NCBI GenBank assembly: GCA_043778225.1
Contig: JAYWGM010000051.1
Coordinates: 1-64,000, forward strand
Length of the DNA: 64,000 bases
Origin: Deinococcales bacterium
Lineage (GTDB): Bacteria > Deinococcota > Deinococci > Deinococcales > JAAFIG01
Reading direction: 5' to 3'
Shown in pieces: positions 1 through 9,743 of the stretch. A model generated the notes under the pieces. The model did no database searches. It had not been told where the DNA came from and worked only from the letters and a program-made list of their open reading frames with translations. Both the position numbers and the translations under genes were made by a program. Position 1 is the first letter of the stretch; each line of letters opens with the position of its first letter.

Positions 1-137
1 CAAAGGTCATCAGAGGTAACTTTGAACGGCTTTTTATGCTCGATTGAAGCCAAGTGATTAGAAATTATTTCAACCCCTGCACAGGTAGCGGAAAGACGGA
101 TTACAATTGCTTGGCGGTATTTAGCGTAAAACATGGT

Positions 138-1097
138 ATGAAACCATTCCTAGGACTTTTGCTGCTGTTGCTTGCCGCTTGTGCGCCTGTGGCTCGAGAT
201 GCCAGCGCCCCAACTCTCGAGACACCACCAGCCCCGCGCATGGCTGGCATGACCTCAAGTAGCTATATTGTTTTGGCGGGGCAACGGGTCTATTACGAAA
301 CTGGCGGCACGGGTACACCTGTGGTTTTTGTGCATGGCATTGGCGCAGGGAACTCGATGCACTTGTATCGCCGCAACACCGAGGCACTTGCCAAACAACA
401 CCGAGTCTATGCTTTTGATTTTCCTGGGTTTGCCCGTTCTGGGGCATTGCCGATTCAGTACACCAACGACCTTTATGTGCAGGTTCTCGAGCAATTTTTG
501 CGCCAAGTGGTGCGTGCGCCAGCCGCCTTAGTTGGTGGCAGTTATGCTTCGGATTATATTATTCGGGTGGCGGTCGAACAGCCCGAATTGGTCAGTAAAT
601 TACTCCTTTCTAATCCCAGTGGCTATGGTTTTTCCGAGGCGGCTCGAGCGATTCGTCAATCTGGTAATTCGCGCCGTGACCCCGCCCAGTTCGAGCGTTT
701 TGCCAATACTCCACTTGGCGCATTGGTTTTTCAGGTTTTGAGTGGCGAAGGCGGATTGAATTTCTTTTTGTACAACTATGTCTACCTCGATGTCAATTTG
801 GTTACGCCCGAACTGACTCGCACCTACCAGCAAAATCTTGAGGGAGCAAATAAAGCCTTTGCGCCGTTTTCTTTTTTTAGTGGCTTACTCGACCAAGATG
901 TCAGCCAACTCTGGGGACAAGTTAAGCAACCAACCTACATGGTTTGGGGTTCAGATGATATTTTTACACCAATTTCCGAGAGCCGCTATTTTCTCGAGAC
1001 TCGCCCTGTGCCATTTGCGGTACTCAAAGCCAGAACCGTTCCATACGATGAGGATTTTATTAAATTCAATGCCATTGCCCTAAAATTCTTAAAGTAG
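138..1097 (+). CDS. Alpha/beta-hydrolase-fold lipoprotein
   Basis: Lipobox LAAC after MKPFLGLLLLL; VVFVHGIG, AFDFPGF and GGSYA nucleophile-elbow motifs. Start moved to ATG 138. Confidence 0.8.
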   Translation: MKPFLGLLLLLLAACAPVARDASAPTLETPPAPRMAGMTSSSYIVLAGQRVYYETGGTGTPVVFVHGIGAGNSMHLYRRNTEALAKQHRVYAFDFPGFARSGALPIQYTNDLYVQVLEQFLRQVVRAPAALVGGSYASDYIIRVAVEQPELVSKLLLSNPSGYGFSEAARAIRQSGNSRRDPAQFERFANTPLGALVFQVLSGEGGLNFFLYNYVYLDVNLVTPELTRTYQQNLEGANKAFAPFSFFSGLLDQDVSQLWGQVKQPTYMVWGSDDIFTPISESRYFLETRPVPFAVLKARTVPYDEDFIKFNAIALKFLK

Positions 1098-1130
1098 TGT
1101 TTACGGTGCTGGCGACTCGGCTGTGTTTTT

Positions 1131-2912
1131 CTAGAACCAATTCTCGTTCATCTCAAGGGTGGTGCTGTCAAAACTGCTGAGTAAATTGCTCCACAAGGCA
1201 ACTTTAGGCAATTCGTACTTAAAAAAGTATTTAGCGGCTTGAATCTTGCCATTGTAAAACTCAGAATCTCTGGCAGTTGCACGGTTCTGTAAAGCAATTT
1301 GAGCAACGGTTGCCTGACGCAACCACAACCATGCCACAACGGTATGCCCCAGCATCTCGAGGTAGTGCCAAGCATTGGCAAGGCGCATTTCGGGGCTATG
1401 TTTGGCGCTCATCAAGGCAAAAGTGGTTTGTTGCACCACATCGAGTGCATTTTCTAAAGCATCGGCGAGTTCAAATAAATTGGCGGCTCGAGCTTCGGAG
1501 GTACTGGCTTTGATTTGCGTCGCCAGCAATTTTAAGCCAGCCCCATCGAGCATTGGCACTTTTCGCCCCAATAAATCCAGGGCTTGAATGCCATTTGTGC
1601 CTTCGTGGATTGGGTTAAGGCGGTTGTCGCGGTAAATTTGTTCGACTGGGTATTCGCGGGTGTACCCATAGCCGCCCAAAATCTGAATTGCGTGGTAATT
1701 GGCTTCTAAACCATAGTGGGTACTCCATGCTTTGACAATTGGGGTCAGCAACTCGAGCAAAGTGTGGGCAGCTTGGCGCTCGGTGGCTTCAGGGTGGGTT
1801 TGATGCTCATCTACCAACCGTGAAGCGTATAGACACAGGGCTAAACCACCTTCGGCAAGAGCTTTTTGCGCCAGCAGCATTCGTCGTACATCGGTGTGTT
1901 CGATAATTCGCACTTGGGCTGCCAAGGGGTCTTTGTTGCCTGCGTGTCTGCCTTGTCGCCGCTCGAGCGCATAACCAAGGCTATATTCGTAGCCAGCGCA
2001 CGCCAGCGCCGCCCCGCCCATGCCAACCCCAATACGGGCTTCGTTCATCATCTGAAACATATAAGGTAGCCCTTGATGTGGTTGCCCAACCAGTTCGGCA
2101 TGGCAATCATCGGATTCGCCCAAAGACAGCAGCGCATTGGTTGTGCCACGGTAGCCCATTTTATGATTTAACCCCGCCAAGTTGACATCGTTTGCCACAA
2201 GTTGCCCGTTCTCGAGCCGCTTTTTTGGCACAATAAATAAGCTAATGCCTTTTACACCAGCCGGTGCATCGGGCAGTTTTGCCAGCACCAGATGCACGAT
2301 GTTCTCGGCTAAATCGTGGTCGCCAGCCGAAATCCACATTTTACTGCCTTTAATGCGGTATGTGCCATCCGAGTGTGGTGTGGCTTTGCTATAAATATCG
2401 GCAAGACTGCTGCCCGCGTGTGGCTCGGACAGACACATTGTGCCAAACCACTGACCAGTCAGCATTTTATGCCAGTATTTTTCTTTTTGGGCTGGTGTGC
2501 CAAAACTCGAGATTAAATTTCCAGCCCCGACCGTTAAAAAGGCATAGCCAGTCGTGCCGCAGTTGGCAGCCAAAAAGGCAGCTTGGCAAGCATTCCAAAG
2601 CAGATTCGGTAACTGCATTCCACCGACTTCAAAATCGGCATGAGCCGCAAAAAAACCAGCTTGGCGCAATTTCTCGAGGGCTTGCCCGACTTCGGGGATA
2701 ATTTTAATGACACCATCCTCGAGGTGCGGTTCTTCGAGGTCGGCTTTACGGTTGTGCGGCGCAAATTCTTTTTTGGCAAGTTCTAAAGAAACCTCCAAGA
2801 CTCCATCGAAGACACTTTTATCGTGGTCAGCAAAGCGAGTACGGGTGGTGAGGCTACTGAGGTCAAAGAGTTCATAAAGCATAAACTCGAGATTTCGTTT
2901 GTTGAGGGACAT
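1131..2912 (-). CDS. Acyl-CoA dehydrogenase (long, about 590 aa type)
   Basis: GTMCLSEPHAGS, GSKMWIS, KMGYRG, IQILGGYGY and IHEGTNGIQ motifs; TAGACT box 6 nt before ATG. Confidence 0.95.
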   Translation of the reverse strand: MSLNKRNLEFMLYELFDLSSLTTRTRFADHDKSVFDGVLEVSLELAKKEFAPHNRKADLEEPHLEDGVIKIIPEVGQALEKLRQAGFFAAHADFEVGGMQLPNLLWNACQAAFLAANCGTTGYAFLTVGAGNLISSFGTPAQKEKYWHKMLTGQWFGTMCLSEPHAGSSLADIYSKATPHSDGTYRIKGSKMWISAGDHDLAENIVHLVLAKLPDAPAGVKGISLFIVPKKRLENGQLVANDVNLAGLNHKMGYRGTTNALLSLGESDDCHAELVGQPHQGLPYMFQMMNEARIGVGMGGAALACAGYEYSLGYALERRQGRHAGNKDPLAAQVRIIEHTDVRRMLLAQKALAEGGLALCLYASRLVDEHQTHPEATERQAAHTLLELLTPIVKAWSTHYGLEANYHAIQILGGYGYTREYPVEQIYRDNRLNPIHEGTNGIQALDLLGRKVPMLDGAGLKLLATQIKASTSEARAANLFELADALENALDVVQQTTFALMSAKHSPEMRLANAWHYLEMLGHTVVAWLWLRQATVAQIALQNRATARDSEFYNGKIQAAKYFFKYELPKVALWSNLLSSFDSTTLEMNENWF

Positions 2913-3006
2913 GAGGCTAGTCTACTCGAGTTTACAAAGTAAAAATCGTGTTAAAAGTCCAAAATTTAAGCGGTCACAAGTTCAGCTTTAAGTTCAAGCT
3001 CATGCG

Positions 3007-3174
3007 CTAGGCTGTTGGCTTTGGCTTGTAAGACTCGAGCATTGGCGCAAAAAGCTCGGCTTCAATATCTTCAATTTCTTCCCAATGTTTGCTTGTCCTA
3101 AGTTGCCTGATTCGCTCTAAAGTTTGGTGAGCGCTTTGCTCGAGTTCACAAATCGCAATTTCTTTTAAGTTCAT
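3007..3174 (-). CDS. Small 55-aa acidic protein, possibly an antitoxin-like remnant
   Basis: Read manually: MNLKEIAICELEQSAHQTLERIRQLRTSKHWEEIEDIEAELFAPMLESYKPKPTA. Its ATG overlaps the upstream stop (ATGA). Confidence 0.4.
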   Translation of the reverse strand: MNLKEIAICELEQSAHQTLERIRQLRTSKHWEEIEDIEAELFAPMLESYKPKPTA

Positions 3175-4286
3175 GATGTCCTCGAGAATACTTGGGATAA
3201 CTCAGACTGCCCACCTAACGCCAATTGCACTGCCATACGACCAAAAATACTGCCAACCACATTTCCTGTGCCACTGTAACCGCCCAACGCCCAAACATCT
3301 TGGCGAACTTCTTGCAGAACTGGCAACAACCCACTCGAGTACGAAACACTGGCTGCCCAACGGTGGGTGATTTCGGCACGTATACCTAAATCCAAACGTA
3401 GAAATTGCTCGAGGCGGCTTTGTAGCGCATCAGTTGGCGAATCTTCAAGTGTCCATTCGTCGGCTTCAAATTGGTCGCGCAAACCACCCAAGACCACCCG
3501 ACCATCGGGCAGTTGTTGCCAGTATTCGTAACCATACCGAGCATAAATCGGTCTCGAGAAACGCGGCTCGGTTGGGGACGTGCCAAGCATTTGCAGCCGT
3601 GCAGTGCGAACCTTTGGCGCAAGCTCTGGGAAAATAGTCTCGAGTTTGCCGTCTATCGCAACAACAATTTTTTTGGCTCGGATGGTAAAAGCCAGACCAC
3701 GCACCGAGCCAGCTTGAATTTCTAAAGCCCGTGTCGCCTCAAAAAGCCTTGCGCCTTTTGCCAATGCCAGCCGCGCCAAATTACGCACCCGAGCCAATGG
3801 ATTCATGGCGCAGTCGGCTGGAAAAAGCAGCCCAATCCCTTCTGTGCCTTGGTAAGCCTCGACCGGAAAACCATCTGCCTCGAGTGCCTTTTTTTGCAAA
3901 GCGCAATCGGTCTGTTCTTCGAGGGTCATGGCAATTCGTAGGCTGCCCGTGTGGCGAATATCGTTGGGGGTCAGACTTTTGATGATTTCTATTTCCTCGA
4001 GCGTTGCGCCGTACATTTTAGCGGCTCGAGAACGCCCATGGGCAGCCACAACATCGTGATAAAAATCTTTCAGCCCAGCCAGCACAAAGCCGCCATTTCG
4101 CCCCGCCGCCCCCGCCCCAACGGCTGTTGCATCTATGCCAATCACATCTGCGCCTAGGTTTAATGCCTCGAGTATCGCGCTCAGTCCACTGCCGCCTAAG
4201 CCAATCACACAGAGGTCGCAAGTTGCGTCGGTCTCGAGTGGTGCTAAGGTATCCCAAAAGTGGTCGTTCCAAAGTGGCTGATTCAT
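3171..4286 (-). CDS. FAD-dependent oxidoreductase (DAO/PuuB-like)
   Basis: VIGLGGSG Rossmann motif, GAAGRNGG, C-terminal GGYSGTG. Confidence 0.9.
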   Translation of the reverse strand: MNQPLWNDHFWDTLAPLETDATCDLCVIGLGGSGLSAILEALNLGADVIGIDATAVGAGAAGRNGGFVLAGLKDFYHDVVAAHGRSRAAKMYGATLEEIEIIKSLTPNDIRHTGSLRIAMTLEEQTDCALQKKALEADGFPVEAYQGTEGIGLLFPADCAMNPLARVRNLARLALAKGARLFEATRALEIQAGSVRGLAFTIRAKKIVVAIDGKLETIFPELAPKVRTARLQMLGTSPTEPRFSRPIYARYGYEYWQQLPDGRVVLGGLRDQFEADEWTLEDSPTDALQSRLEQFLRLDLGIRAEITHRWAASVSYSSGLLPVLQEVRQDVWALGGYSGTGNVVGSIFGRMAVQLALGGQSELSQVFSRTS

Positions 4287-5308
4287 TGTCGAATATAAAT
4301 TTTATCATTTTTGTACAGCCCAATCGCCAATTCATTAACAATTCGGTACTTCAAAAATCCGACCCAGTACGGACTTGGCAAACCCGATTGCTTAATGTTA
4401 CTGAGGTACTGCGGCATAATTCTAAGCAGCACTTGCTTTGCCATGTTTTCTTCGCGCTCTAGGTTGCCATCGGCGGCAAAAACAAATTTGGCTGGATGGA
4501 TGCCATCAAAGTGTCCAAAGGCAATTGAACTCGAGGTTAAAAAACTGGCATCAAGTTGGTACAAGAAATTTCGCAGCAGCATATTTTTTTGCACATCATA
4601 TTTTTGTAATTCCGCCCAAGGTAGGTTGGGTGTGCTTTTTATAAGACGCGAAACCCAGTCAACCGAAGCTCGAGTTGCCACTTCAACGGCTTGTAGGTTC
4701 AGTGGGCGATGCGATGCGTCTTTATTGAGGTCGTCGTGGTCTGGTTTTCCGGGCGCAGACCCGGCTGGATATGCGCCCGTGTCTAAACTCAATTTAGCCC
4801 GTTCGCTGGGGCTGATGGCAAACCAAATCGGGATTGGTTTCTGACCGAGTTTGGTGTAGCTCTCGAGCCAATTGGAATGCGAATAAAAGTCTTGTACCAC
4901 GTGTAAACTTGCACCTAAGATATTAAACAATACCACCAACCGATAGCCCGCAGGTAGGCTCTTGTCCGAATTGTACATTTGCAATGTTCGGATGGTGTTG
5001 TTCAATAAGTATTGCCAGTTGTTTTCGATGTTTTTCACACCAAATACTGCATCAAAGTGCATAAAGTCATAACTCGGTTCGCTTGGGAACGGCATTTGGC
5101 GCAAAATTGGATAGGCTTCGGAGTACGATTCTTTGACCGAAATAAAATCGGTAAAATAGTTCGAGACTTGGGTTGCCAGCCGCGCATCCGCCGAAAAACC
5201 ATTTTGGGTCATCGCCACTCGAGTAGATTCGGCGTGCCACCACGTATCAAACGCTCCAGCCCAACCAGAAAAAACCAGCACCGACAAGACCGACAAGATT
5301 TTTTTCAT
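4283..5308 (-). CDS. Secreted Het-C/VWA7-N-like (Zn phospholipase C-like helical fold) protein
   Basis: Signal peptide MKKILSVLSVLVFSGWAGA; MHFD and LHVVQDFYSHSNW motifs, DLNKD; TATGCT box before ATG 5308. Confidence 0.65.
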   Translation of the reverse strand: MKKILSVLSVLVFSGWAGAFDTWWHAESTRVAMTQNGFSADARLATQVSNYFTDFISVKESYSEAYPILRQMPFPSEPSYDFMHFDAVFGVKNIENNWQYLLNNTIRTLQMYNSDKSLPAGYRLVVLFNILGASLHVVQDFYSHSNWLESYTKLGQKPIPIWFAISPSERAKLSLDTGAYPAGSAPGKPDHDDLNKDASHRPLNLQAVEVATRASVDWVSRLIKSTPNLPWAELQKYDVQKNMLLRNFLYQLDASFLTSSSIAFGHFDGIHPAKFVFAADGNLEREENMAKQVLLRIMPQYLSNIKQSGLPSPYWVGFLKYRIVNELAIGLYKNDKIYIRQ

Positions 5309-5391
5309 CTGTTTAGCATAGACCAAAATCATTTTGATGCCATGAAGTTTTTCAAGTCAAACGCCTCTGCAAGACTGCCTAAAATAAAGCG

Positions 5392-5946
5392 GTGCAAAAT
5401 GGCATCGAAGAATTACAAAAAGAATACCAAGATTATGTGATGGCGCATCGGGTGCGAAAACTGTTGGGCGGCAAACTCGAGCCAAGCGTTTTTTTGAAAC
5501 TTTCTTTGTATGCTAAGCGGCGGCTTGAGCGGCAGCGCTTGGCTCGAGAACTGGTGACAGTCAAGCCGTTTAGACTCGAGAATCTGGCGCGGGTGGACGA
5601 TTTTACTGACCAGTTGTGTTTTGGGATGTGGCGCAACCCACGTGAAATCAACGATTTTTTAAGTGCCGTTTGGCGGCGCGGTGGGCATCGTATTTTTGAA
5701 CATGGCTCAGAATTTGCCAGCCTCATTTTGACCCAAACCGAACGAGAGAGGTTAGATAGGCGTGGTCTCGAGGTTCACGAGTTTTATATGGCGTGTTTAC
5801 AGGTCGGTGCAGCCGCTTTTAGTGCCGAAGAAATGGGTTTGGCGGTCGAGCGGGTCGAGCGCCTAGCCAATGCTTTACCAATTTTTATTGACCAGTTAAA
5901 CCACGACCTCGAGCCAATCGAGTTCAAGCTCGAGGATTTACTCTAG
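5392..5946 (+). CDS. Hypothetical protein
   Basis: 184-aa ORF with TAAAAT box before the GTG start and typical codon usage. Confidence 0.7.
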   Translation: MQNGIEELQKEYQDYVMAHRVRKLLGGKLEPSVFLKLSLYAKRRLERQRLARELVTVKPFRLENLARVDDFTDQLCFGMWRNPREINDFLSAVWRRGGHRIFEHGSEFASLILTQTERERLDRRGLEVHEFYMACLQVGAAAFSAEEMGLAVERVERLANALPIFIDQLNHDLEPIEFKLEDLL

Positions 5947-8154
5947 CACCAGCCTATCACCCTCGAGCTTGACGTTTAGTTGCCCGCCGTTTTTCAGGCT
6001 GCCAAATAAAATCTGGTCTGCCAGAGGTTTTTTAAGAAACTCCTCGAGAACCCGCGCCAGTGGTCGTGCGCCAAAAAGTTTATCGTAGCCTTTTTTACCC
6101 AGCCAGTCTTTGGCTTCTTGGCTGACCTGCATTTCGATTTTCTTCTCGAGCAATTGGTTTTGCAACTCACGCAGGAATTTTTCGACGATTCCGCCCATCA
6201 CTTGGCTCGAGAGTGGGCTAAAGGGCATAATTGCATCCAAACGGTTGCGAAATTCTGGAGTGAAAAGGCGCTTAATTGCGTCGTCCGAAGCGGCACTGTT
6301 GATGCCACCAGTAAAACCAATGCTGTTGCTCGAGGCTTCGGATGCGCCAGCGTTGGTGGTCATGATTAAAATCACGCTGCGAAAATCCACACTTTTACCG
6401 TTGTGGTCGGTTAATTTACCGTAATCCATGACCTGCAACAAAATACTGAATAAATCTGGATGAGCTTTTTCGATTTCGTCGAGCAGCACCACACTATGCG
6501 GGTTTTGATTAACTGCATCGGTCAAAAGTCCGCCTTGGTCAAAGCCGACATAACCTGGAGGTGCGCCAATCAGACGGCTGATGCTGTGTTTTTCCATGTA
6601 CTCGGACATATCAAAGCGCAAAAAGTGAATCCCCAGTTGCTTGGCGAGTTGCTTGGCGAGTTCGGTTTTGCCGACCCCCGTTGGACCAGCAAAAAGGTAC
6701 GAACCAATTGGTTTTACGGGGTCACGCAGTCCAGCCCGCGCCAGTTTAATCCCAGCCACGACGTTTTGAACTGCTTTGGGTTGCCCGTAAACTTCTTTAC
6801 TCAGGCTCGCCTCGAGGTTTTTAAGGACTTGGGCATCGTCTTTAGAAACGGTTTTTTCGGGGATTCGCGCCAGTTTAGCCACCACAGCTTCGATATGCGA
6901 CTCGAGAATCAGTTTGGCTTTTTCTTTTTTTGGTTTTAAGCTCTGGGCAGCCCCAGCTTCGTCTATCACATCTATGGCGCTGTCTGGCAGTTTGCGGTCG
7001 GCTAAGTGCCGTGCTGCCAAGTCGACTGCTCGGACAAGCGCTTCTGGGCTGTACTTTAACCCATGATGCCCTTCAAACCTCGAGCACAGCCCCTCGAGTA
7101 TTGCGATGCTGTCCTCGCGGCTTGGTTCTGGGATGTCTATTTTTTGAAAGCGGCGCGAAAGCGCACGGTCTTTTTCAAAACTTTTGTACTCGCTGTAGGT
7201 GGTTGCACCAATACATTTTAGGCGGCTGGTTAAGGCTGGCTTTAAGATGTTGCTGGCATCCATGCTCGAGCCACTGACCGCCCCAGCACCCACGACCGTA
7301 TGGACTTCATCTATAAATAAAATCGCGTTGCTGTGGGCTTGAAGCGCATTCATGACGGCTTTCAGGCGCTCTTCAAAATCGCCGCGAAAACGTGTCCCAG
7401 CCAAAAGTGCGCCCATATCAAGCACAAATAATTCTGCACCCAGTAATTTTTCGGGGACTTCTTTTGCCACAATGCGCTGCGCCAGTCCCTCGAGAATCGC
7501 GGTTTTACCGACCCCCGGGTCGCCGACCAAAAGCGGATTATTTTTTAAGCGCCGCGACAAAATCTGCACCACCCGCTCGAGTTCGGCAGCCCGCCCAATC
7601 AAAGGGTCAAGTTCGCCTTTTTGAGCTTTGGCGGTTAAATTTTCGCAGTAGGCATCCAGTGGATTATTGGCAACGCTACCGCCTTCATCTTGGTCTGGGT
7701 AGCCTTGGCTCGAGTTATCGCTTTCGGCTGCAACACCCTTGGGGGACACCCCTCTCGAGATGGCGCTGGTGACATCAAGCCGTGTTAAACCAAAAGTCTC
7801 GAGTAGGGCTAAAGCCCTTGATTGACGTTCATCAAAAACACTGACCAAGACATTTGCGCCATTGGCAGCGTCGCGCCCAGCCGCCCGCATCGAAAGCATG
7901 GCACGTTGTAGGGTGCGGTGAAAAGCCGATGTTGGGGTGGGGACTTCGGACTCGAGGGGTTCGGCTTGGTCAAGCAGTAAATCGAGTTCTTGGCGAAAAC
8001 TGGTAAAATCTAAGCCGCAACGGGTCAGCACCAATTTGGCATCGTCATCATCCAAAAGCGCCCAAAGCAGATGCTCAAGCGTCACATATTCGTTTTGGCG
8101 TTCTTCGGACAAGCTCATGGCTCGAGTAATCGTGTTTTGCAGGGTTGGGGTCAT
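5938..8154 (-). CDS. clpA: ATP-dependent Clp protease ATP-binding subunit ClpA
   Basis: Clp N-domain and two AAA modules ([16 protein letters not shown]), [13 protein letters not shown] loop, no ClpB M-domain, 738 aa. Confidence 0.93.
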   Translation of the reverse strand: MTPTLQNTITRAMSLSEERQNEYVTLEHLLWALLDDDDAKLVLTRCGLDFTSFRQELDLLLDQAEPLESEVPTPTSAFHRTLQRAMLSMRAAGRDAANGANVLVSVFDERQSRALALLETFGLTRLDVTSAISRGVSPKGVAAESDNSSQGYPDQDEGGSVANNPLDAYCENLTAKAQKGELDPLIGRAAELERVVQILSRRLKNNPLLVGDPGVGKTAILEGLAQRIVAKEVPEKLLGAELFVLDMGALLAGTRFRGDFEERLKAVMNALQAHSNAILFIDEVHTVVGAGAVSGSSMDASNILKPALTSRLKCIGATTYSEYKSFEKDRALSRRFQKIDIPEPSREDSIAILEGLCSRFEGHHGLKYSPEALVRAVDLAARHLADRKLPDSAIDVIDEAGAAQSLKPKKEKAKLILESHIEAVVAKLARIPEKTVSKDDAQVLKNLEASLSKEVYGQPKAVQNVVAGIKLARAGLRDPVKPIGSYLFAGPTGVGKTELAKQLAKQLGIHFLRFDMSEYMEKHSISRLIGAPPGYVGFDQGGLLTDAVNQNPHSVVLLDEIEKAHPDLFSILLQVMDYGKLTDHNGKSVDFRSVILIMTTNAGASEASSNSIGFTGGINSAASDDAIKRLFTPEFRNRLDAIMPFSPLSSQVMGGIVEKFLRELQNQLLEKKIEMQVSQEAKDWLGKKGYDKLFGARPLARVLEEFLKKPLADQILFGSLKNGGQLNVKLEGDRLVLE

Positions 8155-8215
8155 GTGGGTATTGTAACGATTTCTAGGTTAGCTGTTGTTCTTTAGTACA
8201 CATCTGGCTAAAGAT

Positions 8216-8464
8216 TTATCGGATGGTCGAAATTTCTGTACCAGCCCAGAGTTTTAAGAGTGCCAGCACTTGATTTTCGTCTACGCGCAAAGTCTCCGAG
8301 CCGTTACCGACATACCAAGCCTCGAGCGGTTCATTGCGTCTGCCACTGGTGCGGATAAAAACCAGTTCTAGGTTTGCCTCGAGCTTAACTCGAGCATATG
8401 CCCGAGCGCCTTTGAGTGGCATGGCGCAGGCGGCGAGAAAATCGGCTGGGGTTGGTGGGTTCAC
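8216..8464 (-). CDS. Hypothetical protein
   Basis: 82-aa ORF with TATTCT box upstream of GTG; not recognisable as ClpS. Confidence 0.5.
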   Translation of the reverse strand: MNPPTPADFLAACAMPLKGARAYARVKLEANLELVFIRTSGRRNEPLEAWYVGNGSETLRVDENQVLALLKLWAGTEISTIR

Positions 8465-8487
8465 GATGGGCAGAATACACCTAATGC

Positions 8488-9522
8488 TTAGCTAATTTCC
8501 TCACCTGTTTCTTTTTTGGCGTATTTTTCGGAGATCAATTTTACTGCTAGGTCGTGATGATCACTATTCAAACGTGGTTGGGCTGGGACAAGCACCACGC
8601 CTTCGCGGATGTGTAAGCCCCGACCCGAAACGGTTTCGAGTCCTTCTTTGAGCCGTAGGATTTGCTCGAGGTCAAAAGCACCCCGATAGAGAATCGGCAC
8701 AAAATGCTGCTTACACCATTCAGGTAATGTATCGTATTCAAGAATAGCACCATTGTGAATGACCTTAAAGATTCTGAGTGTTGGTTTTTGAAAACCATAC
8801 GAAAACCCTTTTTGAATAGGTAACACCTCGGCAAAAATTTGTACTTCACCGTGCTTAAAGGCTTGATTGATTGCCTCGAGCAAATCCGTATGATGAGCGG
8901 CTTGCCAATAGGTATTGCCTGCACTTTCGCGTAGACCTAAGCCTTTTTGTGATAAACCCTTAGAAGTTACAATCCAATCAAAATTGGTGTTTCGATAGTA
9001 CACGCCTTGTGAGCCATGGAGTTTTTCGGTTACAAGCACTTGTTCGCCATTTGTAAATTCATTCTGGTAAATACCAAACTGCTCGACATCGTGGTAGGTA
9101 AATAAAGCTGTGGTTTTGCTTAATAGACTCTCGACTTCCCCCGCAAGATGGGTTGGAATTGGGGCTTCATAAAAAGTAATTCCCAAAACTTCAGAAATAT
9201 CCTCATCAAAAGGCAAATCTTCAAAGCCTGTATTGGGAATAATGACCCCTTGGGAAATTTCGCCACGAAGTCGAATCACACCAACACGGTTTTTTTCTGT
9301 ACCATGCAAGTACGACACACCAGTATCAGAATTGATGTAGCGCGAAGCTAAATGAAGCGGCAATAAAGATCTTTCGGGCGCAACGATGATAATGTCGCCC
9401 TCGGAGTACAAACCCTTTTGTACCACCAATTGAAACGGACCGACTTTACAAAGCTCAAGCCGTTCTGCACGGCTATGTGGAAATAGTTTCGCATGGGCTT
9501 TGACTACCATTCGTTGTGCCAT
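8488..9522 (-). CDS. ATP-dependent RNA ligase, DRB0094/Rnl5-like family
   Basis: N-terminal OB-like segment (HSRAERLELCKVG...RLRGEISQG), nucleotidyltransferase motif I TEKLHGS, motif IV REGVV, motif V KLIS; AT-richer than neighbours. Confidence 0.85.
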   Translation of the reverse strand: MAQRMVVKAHAKLFPHSRAERLELCKVGPFQLVVQKGLYSEGDIIIVAPERSLLPLHLASRYINSDTGVSYLHGTEKNRVGVIRLRGEISQGVIIPNTGFEDLPFDEDISEVLGITFYEAPIPTHLAGEVESLLSKTTALFTYHDVEQFGIYQNEFTNGEQVLVTEKLHGSQGVYYRNTNFDWIVTSKGLSQKGLGLRESAGNTYWQAAHHTDLLEAINQAFKHGEVQIFAEVLPIQKGFSYGFQKPTLRIFKVIHNGAILEYDTLPEWCKQHFVPILYRGAFDLEQILRLKEGLETVSGRGLHIREGVVLVPAQPRLNSDHHDLAVKLISEKYAKKETGEEIS

Positions 9523-9611
9523 AAAATAATCTCTCTTTCTGATGCCAAGCATCAAGCCAACAGCCTAATGCAAAAAGGCTTTCTGAAAATCGGCTAAGTG
9601 GCTTACGTCAT

Positions 9612-9743
9612 TAGACCTCTTGCATAAGTCCATTACGTTACAAAAACAGGGCGACCACAAGGGTCTACGAAAAACCATGTTCCAAACGTAGGGGTGGGTC
9701 TTGTACCCACCCGCGTGAGAGAACTACTTATGCAAGAGGTCTA
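9612..9743. mobile_element. MITE-like element with 18-bp terminal inverted repeats and internal GTAG REP-like hairpins
   Basis: TAGACCTCTTGCATAAGT (9612-9629) and its exact reverse complement (9726-9743); internal GTAGGGGTGGGTCTTGTACCCACCC hairpin near 9688-9712. Confidence 0.75.

Noticed and set aside
8216..8464. clpS upstream of clpA
   Set aside because: Lacks the ClpS NDD.T...FV motif.
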